Part shown: positions 1-39,031 of the stretch, in pieces
How the letters are laid out: the number at the start of each line of letters is the position of its first letter
Numbering within the stretch: position 1 is the stretch's first letter
From: Chrysomallon squamiferum
Lineage: Eukaryota; Animalia; Mollusca
DNA length: 64,000 nucleotides
Reading direction: 5' to 3'
Assembly (NCBI GenBank): GCA_012295275.1
Contig: CM022678.1
Coordinates: 17,298,001 to 17,362,000 of the forward strand
The notes under the pieces: generated by a model
Told to the model about the DNA's origin: nothing
Databases searched by the model: none
The model's input: the letters and a program-made list of their open reading frames with translations, nothing else
Program-made: the position numbers and the translations under genes

Positions 1-375
1 AGTCGATTTCGCTAGGCAGTAGTAACGTGGTACCATACTAAAGCAGAAGCAGTGTATAAAGAATGTAAGTCCAGCCAAAGGCGTTAAAATACTTTTGTCT
101 GATCTCCAAGATAAATAAACTTTACAAAACCAATTTCTTTCTTTACGTTCTCTTTTATTTTGTTTTTATGAAATATTTGTCATTTATAAATACATGAACT
201 AAAAACAGTTATAAAAAAAAAAAAAAAAAAAAAAAATGGGATGGTTTTGGAGTGCTGGATCGGATTAATGGTATTTTAATTAATTTCAGTTGGGAAAATT
301 TATTTGATATACGATCAAATTGAGTTACGAGCTGGTTCACGGAACGAATTAAACTCGTAAATCAACATACCATTG
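1..375. mobile_element. Right end of a pogo/Tigger-like (Tc1/mariner superfamily) DNA transposon or MITE
   Basis: About 250-375 reads ...GAGTTACGAGCTGGTTCACGGAACGAATTAAACTCGTAAATCAACATACCATTG, resembling recalled pogo-type termini (...GGAACGAATTAAACTCGTAAGTCAAGGTACCACTG|TA). Homology to the paralogous upstream block of copy C starts exactly at 376-378, at a TA site. The left end is not identifiable in the window. Confidence 0.65.
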
Positions 376-377
376 CA

Positions 378-681
378 TTTCCTGTGGGTACGACATCTAT
401 TCTAAATATAGACAAGCGTCAGTGTAAAATATATTTGTAACATGTCTATTTTTAGAACTTACCTATTCCCGTGACCTACAAGGAAACTGAAACTCTAGAT
501 AAGTCCGAAGCGGCTATGAAGGCTAGGACGTTCTAGAATATTAGTATTTTTTGTTTCTTCTTCTATTTTCTACGTCTTAACATGTTAAGATAGTGTGTTA
601 CGTACAGAAAAACAGATACTGGAAACTCGAATAACGTTCTCGCTCACGAATTTACAGGAACATTGAGATACCCGATTCGTA
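378..681 (+). promoter_or_regulatory. Conserved upstream/5'UTR block of the receptor genes (copy A)
   Basis: The ~300-bp block (TATTCTAAATATAGAC...GACCTACAAGGAAACTGAAACT...TAGTGTGTTACGTA...GAACATTGAGATACCCGATTC) recurs before every exon 1: ~14510-14810, 20090-20390(-), 34260-34438(-, truncated), 49323-49645(-). Extra copies lie at ~14030-14270, 16128-16420 and 20620-20880. Confidence 0.6.
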
Positions 682-11525
<10,844 letters not shown>

Positions 11526-12613
11526 AGTAGCTTCACTGGAAAGGTAGAGAAAGTAATAAAAGTACAATGTTTGTATTGAAATACATAAAGAAAACTAATT
11601 TGTTGCTGAATTTTTGAATTCAGGGATATTTGAAACTGTTGTGATGAGAAAGAAAAATGCAAGACGATTGTTAAGTGAGAGAAATTTCTTTTTAAAGACA
11701 TTTCTTTAATAAAGATGAGTAAATTTACTAATACAAATAAACTAAAAGCTCAACAAGGTCGACCATTTCCATATTTCTAAAAAGGAGAAAGTCTAAAACA
11801 TTTATGTGACATATATTTTTAGCCTAAATAAAACTTGTTTTAACAATCAGTTGTGAAAAATTTAGAAAATATAGTTATAACTGAGAGAAAGAATCCACAA
11901 GAAAGAATCCACAAGAAAGAATCCACAAGAAAGATTCCACATGAAGGAAGACATTTCTTTAATAGAGATGCCTGCTCCTTAATTTCAGCTGCAGTGGAAT
12001 CATGGGTAATATCTTGGATGGTAATTTCCATATTTGAAAAGAAGGATTCTGAGAAATACTTTATGACATTTATATTAAGTGTAAATAAAATATGTTTAAT
12101 GATGAGTGATATGTAAGAATTTATGTTTGAAGGAAGGCAATTTGGAAAGTGAGAATGCGAAATATTTAAATTTTCTTTTTACAATGAATGCTGTTTTCAA
12201 ATATATTGAATTTTGAATTTATATTTCAGGTATTTTCCTGACTCTGTCTCTGTGTGTGCATTTTGCTCTTTTTATTTACGAAAACATATTATTTAAGATC
12301 TGCTTTGTAAAATATTTATCTGTTAATGGAAAATCTTAGAATCTGAATTTAAAATCATGTATTGTTCTAAAAGAATGAAACAACTGGTGTTTTTTGTATT
12401 TGAAACTAATAATAATAATAATAATAATATTAACGATAATAATTATAATAATAACAATTTGAGCAGTGTAGTAGGGATACTAAAAGCAGTAATAATAACA
12501 TTAACAACAATTGTTATAATAAAAATTATAAAATCCAATAAGTCTTCTTATTATTTTCTTTCTTTTTGATAGGCAGGAGTCTGTCATTTAGAGATGTATG
12601 CAAAAGTAAGTTT

Positions 12614-12776
<163 letters not shown>

Positions 12777-14810
12777 GTCTGCGTGCCTGCATATGCACAA
12801 TTGTTTAACATTACAACAGCAGAAAAGAATGCAGTGAAATTAGATGTTTACTGAGCACATAACACAAAAAGTTAATATAGTAGAAACACATTATACCCAG
12901 ACATTGTACTGATCACAAAATATTAATATACAGATAAATATATACATGATTTACTTTACTTTACTTTAATTTCATTGATTTAATTTAAGTTTCCTTCATT
13001 TCCATTTATTTCATTTTATTTTTAATACAGTTATTCTTTCCTTTGATTTAATTTGATTCCATTTGTTAATTTTATTATTTTCTTTTATTTTCTTTTATTT
13101 TAACGAGTTTTGTTTTATTTTATTTTATTTTTTTTCATTGAATGTTAATTTATTTTATTTATTGAATTGCACCAATTACTAAATATTTTTAAAAAAATAT
13201 TCATTCAGAAAAAAAGACTTATATATTTATAAAAAATGTATATAAATGCATAAAATATTTAAGGAAATTAAATGTATTATACAAATATATAAAAAATTAA
13301 ATAAATAACATTCTGCTGCTGATAATGAAAACAAATAAATAATTACTTAATTAAAGAAAACAGACAAACCCTTTACATTCCAAAATCATTTAAATGGGTT
13401 TTGTCCATTGCTATTATACATAAATATACCTGACTGCCTCACCTAACTCAGCAGCAGAGAGAAAAATCAATGTTTTTACTGTAAAAATATTCAGGTAATT
13501 TTTTTAGTTATTAAAATAAATTAGATTAAAGAATAACATTCTTGTCTGAGGTGATAAAGTGGTTATATGGGTCATATAAGGATAGCTGGCTCTCTCCACC
13601 CAACCATGCTGGATACATAGCGATGTGTAGGCCAATCTTTTCAACTTGATTAGTCGGTAGCCTTATTTACTGTAATGTAGAACGACAGCTAGATTAAACA
13701 CTCAAATTCATGTCCACTGTCTGAGATATTAGAAGAACAAATACCTGTAACATTTAAAAGGTGGGTTTTATTTCTTTTCATATATAAAAGTCATATTATT
13801 TTCACTGCATCACTTTTGTAAATAAATTGAAAATGGTAAAAAGAAAAAAACTGTGTATATGTATATATGTCTGTATACATAATATTTTCATGCATGCATT
13901 ATATATGTATGTATGTATGTATGCATGTATGTGTGTATGTATGCATGTAAGTATGTATGTGTTTATATATGTATGTATATATGTATGCATGTCTCAATAA
14001 ATGTATATTCGTACTTACACAGAGCGAAAGTATTTCCAGTGTATTACTATCTATATTCTAAATATAGACAGGTGTCACTGTAAAATATGAAACAGTGTTT
14101 ATTTTTATTCGATGACCTACAAGGAAACTGAAACTGCAAGTTGAACCGAGGAGACCATAAACCACAGCTCATTGCAGAATATTATTATTTTGTTGTTACT
14201 TTCTTCTTCGTCTAACGTAGTTAATTTGTTAAGATAGTGTGTTACGTATAGAAGAACATATACTGTAACATTTATAACGGAAGGTTTTACTTCCAAATTA
14301 TATTTGTAAGTTCGTTACAATTCATTATTTATAATTCATTAATTTAAAGTATCAAATACATTATATGAGGTATACAGTATAGTCTTTATACCTAATAGTC
14401 GTTTTCATAATTATCACTGCTATTATGTCCTTTTAAAAATGTAAGTGTGTGTGTATATTAATATATATATGTGTGTATCAATACATATACATTCGTACGT
14501 ACATGCAAAGGAAATATTTCCTGTGTACTACGATTTCTATTCTAAATATAGACACACGTCATTGTGAAACTATTTATTTTTATACCATGACCTACAAGGA
14601 AATACTAACTATAGATAGGGAGAAAGAGACCACAAACGACAGGACATTGTAGACTATTAGTAGTTTTATTTCTTCTTTCTTTAGTATTTAAAATATTAAG
14701 GTAGTGTGTTATGTATAGAAGAACAGATACTGGAAACTGGAACTTTCTCGCTCACGAATTTACAAGAACAATGAGATACCAGATTCAAGCTGACGGAAGT
14801 TGAATTAAAA

Positions 14811-17800
14811 ATGTCCCCGGTAATAATTCTACTGTTTGTTTTAACGCAGACAGGTAAGTGTATTTGAATTCTTTAAAAATATGTATTTGAATCTGTGAGC
14901 TGCATTTGTGTCTGAGATTGTATGTGTGGAATCGAGTGCTTGTTTTTGTTTAGTTTTTTTGGTCTTAAATATGTAAGAAACATTTAAATGTTTAGGCCAA
15001 ATAAAATAAATTACTTCATTTCTTTGTTTCATCCCAGACAGGTAAGGGTGTTCGAATTGTTTAAATATGTATTTGAAACTCTGTGCTTCATTTTTGTTTG
15101 AGGTTTGTATGTGAGAACGCGCGTGCGTGAGTTTCTGCCTTAAATATGGTAGAAAAAGTTAAATGTTTAGGCCACATAAAATAACTTAACTGTTTTCTAT
15201 TGTGTTCAAAATAACCAGACAATATAATGAGAAAGAGTGCACATTAAAACACAGGATTCAGAAAATTAAACTGTAAATTTAGTAGTTAAGTATAAATAAA
15301 TGAAATATAATTAAATATAATATAAATGAAATTATAGGCTCATCAGAGACTTCGATATGAAAATGAATGTAGCCGTATAATTTATGTGTAGTGTTTTGTG
15401 TTCCTAAATTAAATAATTTGCCTTTATTCCTTTTCCTTCAAATAAATTTATATATAGATATTGTATATATATTTGAACTTTTGTAGAGCTTCTTAACTAT
15501 TTCCGAACAACAAACTATTTTCATAAATATATCATTAGACAGAGAAAAATTTTATATACAGTAAAACACTGTGAAATTGAAGCTTACAGCAACTACACGT
15601 CCAAACTCTCTGAGAGAGACATCAGCCATGGAATCCGGTGTACCAGCCTCGAAACATTCCCCCTCACCCAGAGTTTATCACTAAATAGAATTTAAAGCAT
15701 ACAATCATAAAATGAATTCCATTCATGCAAAATGTAAGTTCTCTAATTACAATGAAGGTTGCGTTAAGAATAGAGATTCGGGAGTTTTTAGTTACCAACT
15801 TAAGAACAACAATTTCTGAGGTACGTGAAGACGTTAGTTTTGGAGATTACTACAGATTTTAGAACACAGTCTTTTTTGTGTACATTTTATTGTACACATA
15901 ATGTGTAAACTTGGTCATTTGTACAATAATCCTTCCTAAATGCTGGTAGAATTTCAAATAGTGTATCATTTCAAGATACAGTTTTAATCTATTGTTTAAA
16001 ACATTAGTAAAAATATATGTAATAGGTCTATAATTTCCTCCCGCCCCCGCCAATTTAATCGTAATAAACAACATTGAATAGAGTTAAAAATACGTATTAC
16101 GGTATTCATGACCTGATCACGAGTGAAGGAAATATTTCCGGCGTGACACGAGATATATTCTAAATATAGACATGTGTCATTGTAAAAATACGAAAAACAT
16201 GTTTAATATGATCTATTCCCCATCGTCTACCAGGGAACTGAAAGTATAGATGTGGGCCGAAGTGTCATAAACGATATTCGAAAAGTTTTTGTCTAAAGTA
16301 TTTAACATGTTAAGGTAGTGTGTTACGTATAGAATAACAGATAGTGGAAAATGGAACTACTTTTCCACTCACTAATTTACAAGAACATTGAGATACACGA
16401 TTCACGCGGACGGAAGTTATGGAAATCAAATCAAGTTTCAGAAAGCAGATCTTTTCTGTGTACACTGTATAAAAAATATACATTATAATCGCCATTTAAG
16501 GTGTAAACTTGGTCATTTGTACAATAATCTGTCCTAAATCCTGCTTGAATTACAAGTAGTGTGTATAATACAATTTTAATGTGTTATTTTTACATAGTAG
16601 TAAAAATAGATGGAATTTGTCGATAATTTTCCCCATCCCACATCCAATTTATTCTTTATTCAGAACATTGAGTACAGTATAAAAATATCTGGGAGCTCTC
16701 TTTGTTTCTGTAGCTGTGGCGTTATTACGTATCCTTTTGCTCAAAAGCAGAGGTCGTTTAACTTGTCGGTAGGGCCCATGAGTAGGCGTTTCACTGGTAT
16801 GGCGCATTGACTTCTTTATGAAAATCGTTTTTACTTTTTTTCTTTTTCTTTTCTTCTAAATTTGAACGACTGCTCTCAGAAAACTTGAGTGTTTATACCT
16901 GTTTTAATTATTTAACAGCAAAGTGAAAAAATAGAAATCTCAAAATTTTGGAAATCTTTTAACTCCTTTTCTATTGACATGCTACGATGACCGATTGTTT
17001 GTATAGCGTGAAACCAATTAATAACGGCTTTTGTGTTCTGCCAGTAGAGCGACACAATGCTGGAAGTCTCCATTTCCAAAGCGCACAGATGCGAGAAGGA
17101 TTTCGGGAACACATTCTTCCTCATACGAGAAACTGTTACATTTCAAAGCATTAAAATTTGGTGAGGCCGTAAGCTGTATCCGGGACTGGCAGTGTGTCGA
17201 GCTTAAATAAATGTTCTTATTTGACATCTGTAACATTTTAGTAATAGCACAACTAGCTATCAACAATAACTGACATTTTCCTAAAATTAATAGCGTCGTT
17301 TCTGTTCTCCATTACAGAGATAGAACGGAACAAGTCTCTGTTTTAAGTACGCGCGCTGTTTCAGAAGCGAGAGCGATTTTCGGCAACACCTTGTTACGTC
17401 ATATTGAGGAACTGTTGAATTTTTCATCATTGAATTTTGATGAATAATAATTTAAACTCATATTTAAATTTTAATAAATGTTGTTTAAATTTAAAGCGTT
17501 AATTCTTAAATTATTGTGTGTTTGATGAACGTTGCAAAAGTTGCTGATACCTGAACAATGCATACAGACCAATGTTCTAGAGATTCTGTCTCAGCAGAAA
17601 GACAAAGATATCAGCCTGCTACATACGTGATGTGGGTGTCACAAAATAACAACAACAAGAAGAACAACACTAACAAAAAATAAAGTTTAAAAATAAGAAT
17701 AGAAACAATAATAAGAAACAAATAAATAAATAAATTAACAAATAATAAATAAATAAAATTACTCAGGAAATAGTTTTGTAATCAAAACAATGTACTTATG

Positions 17801-18057
17801 TATGTAAATATGTATGTAAATATGTATGTATGTATGCATGTATGTAATTATGTATGTATTTATGTATGTATATGTATATGTATTTCTGCATATATATTGT
17901 TTTATATGATGAATAGTGTATGATATAAAGCTTTTTTCAACTTGTTCAGTTTCAGGTAAGAATTTCACATCTGAAGTGAAATCAAAGTTATATTCAACAG
18001 AAAACAGCACGACGGAAACAAAAATGGATTGTATGAAGACTTGTGAAGTTTGTACAG
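14811..18057 (+). pseudogene. Receptor gene copy D, 5' fragment (exons 1-2 only; remainder missing at the assembly gap)
   Basis: Exon 1 14811-14853 ([14 protein letters not shown]|GTAAGT). Exon 2 17950-18057 (VSGKNFTSEVKSKLYSTENSTTETKMDCMKTCEVCT) is a ShKT exon lacking Cys1-3. It is followed by the intron-2 minisatellite and then the N gap. Confidence 0.7.
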
Positions 18058-18577
18058 GTAATTTCAAGAGGAATGTGATAGATACTCAGAATAGTTGATA
18101 TGCTAAGTAAGGATACGTACACAGGATAGTGGGTATGTTAAGAAACGAAACATCCACTGCATAGTTGGTATGTTAAGTAAGGATAGATAGGCAGGATAGT
18201 TGGTAAGTTAAGGAAGGACAAATGCACAGGATAGTTGGTACGTTAAGTAAGGACAGATAAACAGGATACTTGGTGTGTTAAGTAAGATTAGATATAGGAT
18301 ATTTGGTAAGCTAAGCAACAGTAGATACACAGGATAGTTGATAGAAGTAAGGATAAACATACAGAAGAGTTGGTATGTTGAGAAAGGAATCATACACAGG
18401 GTAGTTGGTATGTTAAGCAAGGGTAAATAAACAGGATAGATAAATACAGAGGATAGTTCGTATGTTCAGCAAAGTTAGACAGATAATAGCTGCTGTGTTT
18501 AATATGGATAGATACGCAGCATCCTTGGTACTTAAAACACGAGGTTTCATGAAGACAGGATACCACAGTAGTAGAAT

Positions 18578-18777
18578 NNNNNNNNNNNNNNNNNNNNNNN
18601 NNNNNNNNNNNNNNNNNNNNNNNNNNNNNNNNNNNNNNNNNNNNNNNNNNNNNNNNNNNNNNNNNNNNNNNNNNNNNNNNNNNNNNNNNNNNNNNNNNNN
18701 NNNNNNNNNNNNNNNNNNNNNNNNNNNNNNNNNNNNNNNNNNNNNNNNNNNNNNNNNNNNNNNNNNNNNNNNNNNNN
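18578..18777. other. Assembly gap (200 N) at the centre of an inverted duplication
   Basis: Run of N. Sequence from 18778 onward is the reverse complement of sequence ending at ~16138. Confidence 0.98.
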
Positions 18778-34257
<15,480 letters not shown>

Positions 34258-35067
34258 TTTTATTTCAACTTCCGTGATTACGAATCGGGTATCTCAATGT
34301 TCTTGTAAATTGGTGATCGAGAAAGTTATTCGAGTTTCCAGTATCTGTTCTTCTATACGTAACACACTATCTTAATATGTTAATACTTAAAACAAAATAT
34401 ACTTATATTTTCCAAGAATTTACAATGTCCTGTCGTTTACAATCGTGATCTGCAATTCAGTTTTACGTTGGAAGATACCTTTTTCAAACCGCAAGCACGC
34501 ACACACACAGGCACGAACGCACACACACACAGACGCACGAACACACACAGGCACGCACGCACGCACACACAGAGACACACAGACACACACACACACGCAG
34601 GCGCGAGCTGAAACAACATACGTACACACCCAATCACACATACACAACACGGTCACTCAAAAAAAAAAAATAATAATAATAATAATAAAAAAAAAAAAAA
34701 AAAAAAAAAAAAATAAAAATAAAATAAATAAATAAATAAATATTAAGAAAAAAATAATTTCATCCGTCCACTGTCACAGCCTTCATTTCCTTACACGGCT
34801 TATCTCCCTCTAATAATTCTCGTTTCGTGTAGTCGTCGAAATTACCAGAGAAAAATAATCTCTAAATTCGATGCAAAATAATCTTCTATAAATTCGATGC
34901 AAACTTGGTTCGCCGTTTTCCACAGGGTTCAATACTTTTAATAAACGATTTACTTTTGCTGCAGTGAACAAAAAAACGCATGCAAGACCGAGTCCACGGC
35001 ACCGACGCACACTGTCTGTCGAGTGGGCTCGATCTTCCATTCGTAAAGATGTTTTCTGACTAACTGC

Positions 35068-35135
<68 letters not shown>

Positions 35136-35243
35136 CGTGTCTGATCATTTTATTAATTAAGACAGAATTTAATCATTTTTAATGTTCGAAGAGAACCTGG
35201 TCAATTGTAAATGGGTAGGCTATTCGTCATTAGATGAGGCAAT

Positions 35244-35296
<53 letters not shown>

Positions 35297-35555
35297 TCTT
35301 TTCGCGCCGTCGTGATCTCGCAATTCAATTTTACGTTGGAAGATACCTTTTTCGAACCGGCACGCGCACACACGCACGCACGCTCGCACGCACACGCTCG
35401 CACGCGCACACACACACACACACAGGCGCCATCTGAAATAACAAACATACGTACACACACAATCAGACATACACAACACGGTCACTCCAAAACCTGCGCC
35501 CACCCACACACACTCGCTACCGATGTCAATTGGATCTTGCTGTTGCTCTTAAAAT

Positions 35556-35591
<36 letters not shown>

Positions 35592-35622
35592 AAAAGAAAG
35601 AAAGAAAGAAAAGAAAAGAAAG

Positions 35623-35635
<13 letters not shown>

Positions 35636-35656
<21 letters not shown>
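35636..35656 (-). terminator. Pol III oligo-T terminator of the 5S gene
   Basis: TTTTT four bases after the 5S 3' end, followed by further T4 runs. Confidence 0.85.
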
Positions 35657-35660
35657 GGCG

Positions 35661-35779
35661 TGTCTACGGCACTCGGTGTTCCCAGGCGGTCACCCATCCA
35701 AGTACTGTCCGAGCCCTGCGTTGCTTAACTTCGGTGATCGGACGAGAACCGGTGCTTTCAACGTGGTGTGGCCGTAGAC
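35661..35779 (-). rRNA. 5S rRNA: 5S ribosomal RNA
   Basis: 119 nt GTCTACGGCCACACCACGTTGAAAGCACCGGTTCTCGTCCGATCACCGAAGTTAAGC...AGTACTTGGATGGGTGACCGCCTGGGAACACCGAGTGCCGTAGACA. Box A and box C are intact, and the terminal helix GTCTACGGC/GCCGTAGAC pairs. Confidence 0.98.
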
Positions 35780-35800
35780 GATTGCTTTAACGAACCGAGG

Positions 35801-35811
35801 TCTATTTATCT
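35801..35811 (-). promoter_or_regulatory. TATA-like element upstream of the 5S gene
   Basis: AGATAAATAGA at about -32 to -22, the usual position for metazoan 5S upstream elements. Confidence 0.5.
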
Positions 35812-35853
35812 TTGTTGTTCTTATGGCGTGCGCTAAATAACGATAACGATGGC

Positions 35854-35907
<54 letters not shown>

Positions 35908-36225
35908 TAATAATAATCATGAAGATAATAATAATAATAAATGAAAAAAAAATATATATAAAATATGTAAAAAGTTAAAATAAAAACATGACAAAAAAAA
36001 AAAGTAAGATAAAAACATGAGGGAAAAAAAAAAAAAAAAAAAAAAAAAAGAAAGAAAAAGAATTAAAAAAAATATATCAAAAATCCAAAAAATAATAAAA
36101 GAAAAGAAAAAAAAGAAAAGCGCTGGCAGTATTCGATCTTGTTGTTCTTGTTCTTCTACTCAAAGAAAGAAAGAAAGAAAGAAAGCGCCATGCGTGTGTG
36201 TGACTGTGCATCTACGGTACTGTAC

Positions 36226-36300
<75 letters not shown>

Positions 36301-36506
36301 AATCATAATAATCATGATGATAATAATAATAATAAATGAAACAAAAAATAAAAATAAAATATGTAAAAAGTAAAAATAAAAACATGGCAAAAAAAATAAA
36401 AACATGAAAAAAAAATTCGATCTTGTTGTTCTTGTTCTTCTACTCAAAGAAAGAAAGAAAGAAAGCGCCATGCGTGTGTGTGACTGTGCATCTACGGTAC
36501 TGTACT

Positions 36507-36558
<52 letters not shown>

Positions 36559-37025
36559 GAAAAAAAGAATAAATAAAACAAAATATGTAAAAAGTTAAAA
36601 TAAAAAATAAATTGTTGTTGTTGTTGTCGTTCTGAACAGCATTTCGTCTTTCGTGGTGATGGACTGTAAATTGTGTCACTGTCAATAATTTTTTATATTT
36701 TTTTAAATTTTTTTATTCTTAATTTTTGTGCAGTCTTTAAGGCGAAATTGACATCGGTAGCGAGTACCGAGACCCAGTTTTCTAACGTTCGTCTCGCGCC
36801 GTTGTCATGGGAACCGATCTCAGCTCAGCTCGGCTCAGCTCCGTTCGGCTACACTCGGGTAGGATCGGTTCGGGTAGGGTCAGGTCGGGTCGGGTCGGGT
36901 CGGGTCGACTGCACTCCACTGGGCGGGCGGACGAGAGAAAAAGAAAAAAGCCGTCGGGATTCATCCGTCCACTGTCAATTATTATTGTTGTTGTTGTTAT
37001 TATTATTGTTGCTGCTGTTGTTTTT

Positions 37026-37066
<41 letters not shown>

Positions 37067-37172
37067 TATTATTATTATTATTATTATTATTGTCATCCTT
37101 ATTATTATTATTAATAGTTTTTGTTTGTTTGTTTGTTAGTTTGTATGTTTGTTGGTTTGTTTGTTTGTTTGT

Positions 37173-37211
<39 letters not shown>

Positions 37212-37365
37212 CTTATTTATTTTCTAAATAAAAAAAAATAATAAATAAATAAATAAATAAATAAAATAAATAAATAGGAAACATTGAAATTGAAATGCAT
37301 TAATAATCGCACCGTCGTGATGTGCCAATTCAGTTTCACATTGGAAGACACCTTTTTCAAACCGA

Positions 37366-37397
<32 letters not shown>

Positions 37398-37472
37398 CAC
37401 ATACACACAAAGAAAAGAAACACATAAAAACAAGGAAAAAAAAAATAAATAAACAAACAAACAAAAAACAAA

Positions 37473-37503
<31 letters not shown>

Positions 37504-37600
37504 AATAAAATAATTAAAAAATAAAAGGAAAACATGAGAAAAAGAAATAGTAAAAAATAAAATAATGAAAGAAAATAAAATAAATAAAATTAAACAAAAA

Positions 37601-37654
<54 letters not shown>

Positions 37655-38807
37655 TAATAATAATAAAAAAATTAATTAATTAATTAAATAAGTAAATAAA
37701 TAAATGAATGTATCAATAAAAAATAAAATTGATTTTATAATTTTTATTATAACAATTGTTGTTAATGTTATTATTATTGCTTTTAGTTTTCCAAACCACA
37801 CTTATCAAATTGTAACAGTACATGATTTTAAAATCAGATTTTCAAATAGCAGATAAATACTTTACAAAGAAGATACTAAATAATATATTGATCTCTATTA
37901 AAAAAGCAAAAGACACACAAAAAGACAGAGTCAGGAAAATGCCCTGAAATGTAAATTCAAAATTAAATACAGTTACAAATAGCATTCACTGCAAAAAGAC
38001 AATTTAAATATTTTGCTTACTCGCTTTCCAAATGGCCTTCCTGTATACATAAATTCTTACATACACTTTCTACATTTCACTCATCACTAAACATATTTCA
38101 TTTAGACTTAATATAAATGTCATAAAGTGTTTCTAAAATTCCTTCTTTTCAAATATGGAAATGACCATCCTAGATGTTACCCACGATTCCACTGCAGCTG
38201 AAAGTAACATGAAGATTAGTTTTCAGTTTGTTTACATTCGTCACTTTATCTATTACAGAAGCTGCCACCTTAATCAAAGAAATGTCTTCTTTCTTATGGT
38301 CAAAAATTTCTCTCACTTCTAAGTATCCTTTGTACATTTTATACAATTGATTATTAAAACAAGTTTTATTTAGGCTAAAAATATGTGTCACATAAATGTT
38401 TTAGACTTCCTCCTTTTTTTAAATATGGAAATGGCCGACCTAGTTTATTTTTTAGTTTATTTACATTAGTCACTTTAAACATCTCAATTAAAAGAAATGT
38501 CTTCTAAAAGAAATTTCTCTCACTTAACAGTAGCCTTGCATTTTTCATTCTCATCACCACAGTTTCAAATATCCCTGAATTCAAAAATTCAGTAACAAAT
38601 TAGTTTTCTTTATGTATTCCAAAACAAGAAATGTACTTTTACTACTTTCTGTATCTTTCCAGTGAAGATACTTTCTCCTTTATAATTCCTGACATCTGGA
38701 TTATGGAAATATTCAGCTCCGCAAAAAGAACACAAATTGAGACTGAAAATTTATTTTTTATTTCTTCTTTTTTTAATTATCTCTTCCTTGATTGCTATCA
38801 GTTTCTG

Positions 38808-38992
38808 TTACGTCATCTCTCTCTCTGAAATGATGTTGAATGATAGCAACCATTCTAACAGAAGTTGATGAACAAAAGTGTACTGCATCTGTAATGAAAA
38901 ATAAAAATAATAGACTGTGTAAATAAACAAACAATAAAAACAAACAAACTCACCTCAAACACATCAAGAAATAATAATAAAACACATCAAGA

Positions 38993-39031
<39 letters not shown>

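Larger units (their letters stand above)
34439..37700. repeat. 5S rDNA-associated block (spacer-like) inserted between the copy C 3' flank and the copy B upstream region
   Basis: Not homologous to the receptor duplication unit. Contains a ~50-bp motif (CGTGATC..GCAATTCA.TTTTACGTTGGAAGATACCTTTTTC.AACCG) at ~34443, ~35310 and ~37315, CATCCGTCCACTGTCA at 34761 and 36962, a ~285-bp direct duplication (~36132 and ~36416) and many microsatellites. Confidence 0.65.

Noticed and set aside
35690-35920. ORFs overlapping the 5S gene
   Set aside because: Incidental translation of rRNA and repeats.
36721-36730. Sm-site-like AATTTTTGTG near 5S (linked SL/U1 RNA?)
   Set aside because: No recognisable snRNA or SL body around it, and the context is AT-rich.
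36818-36907. Resemblance of AGCT/GGGT pentamers to Ig switch regions
   Set aside because: Under 100 bp and no basis for AID-type recombination; kept only as a G4 note.
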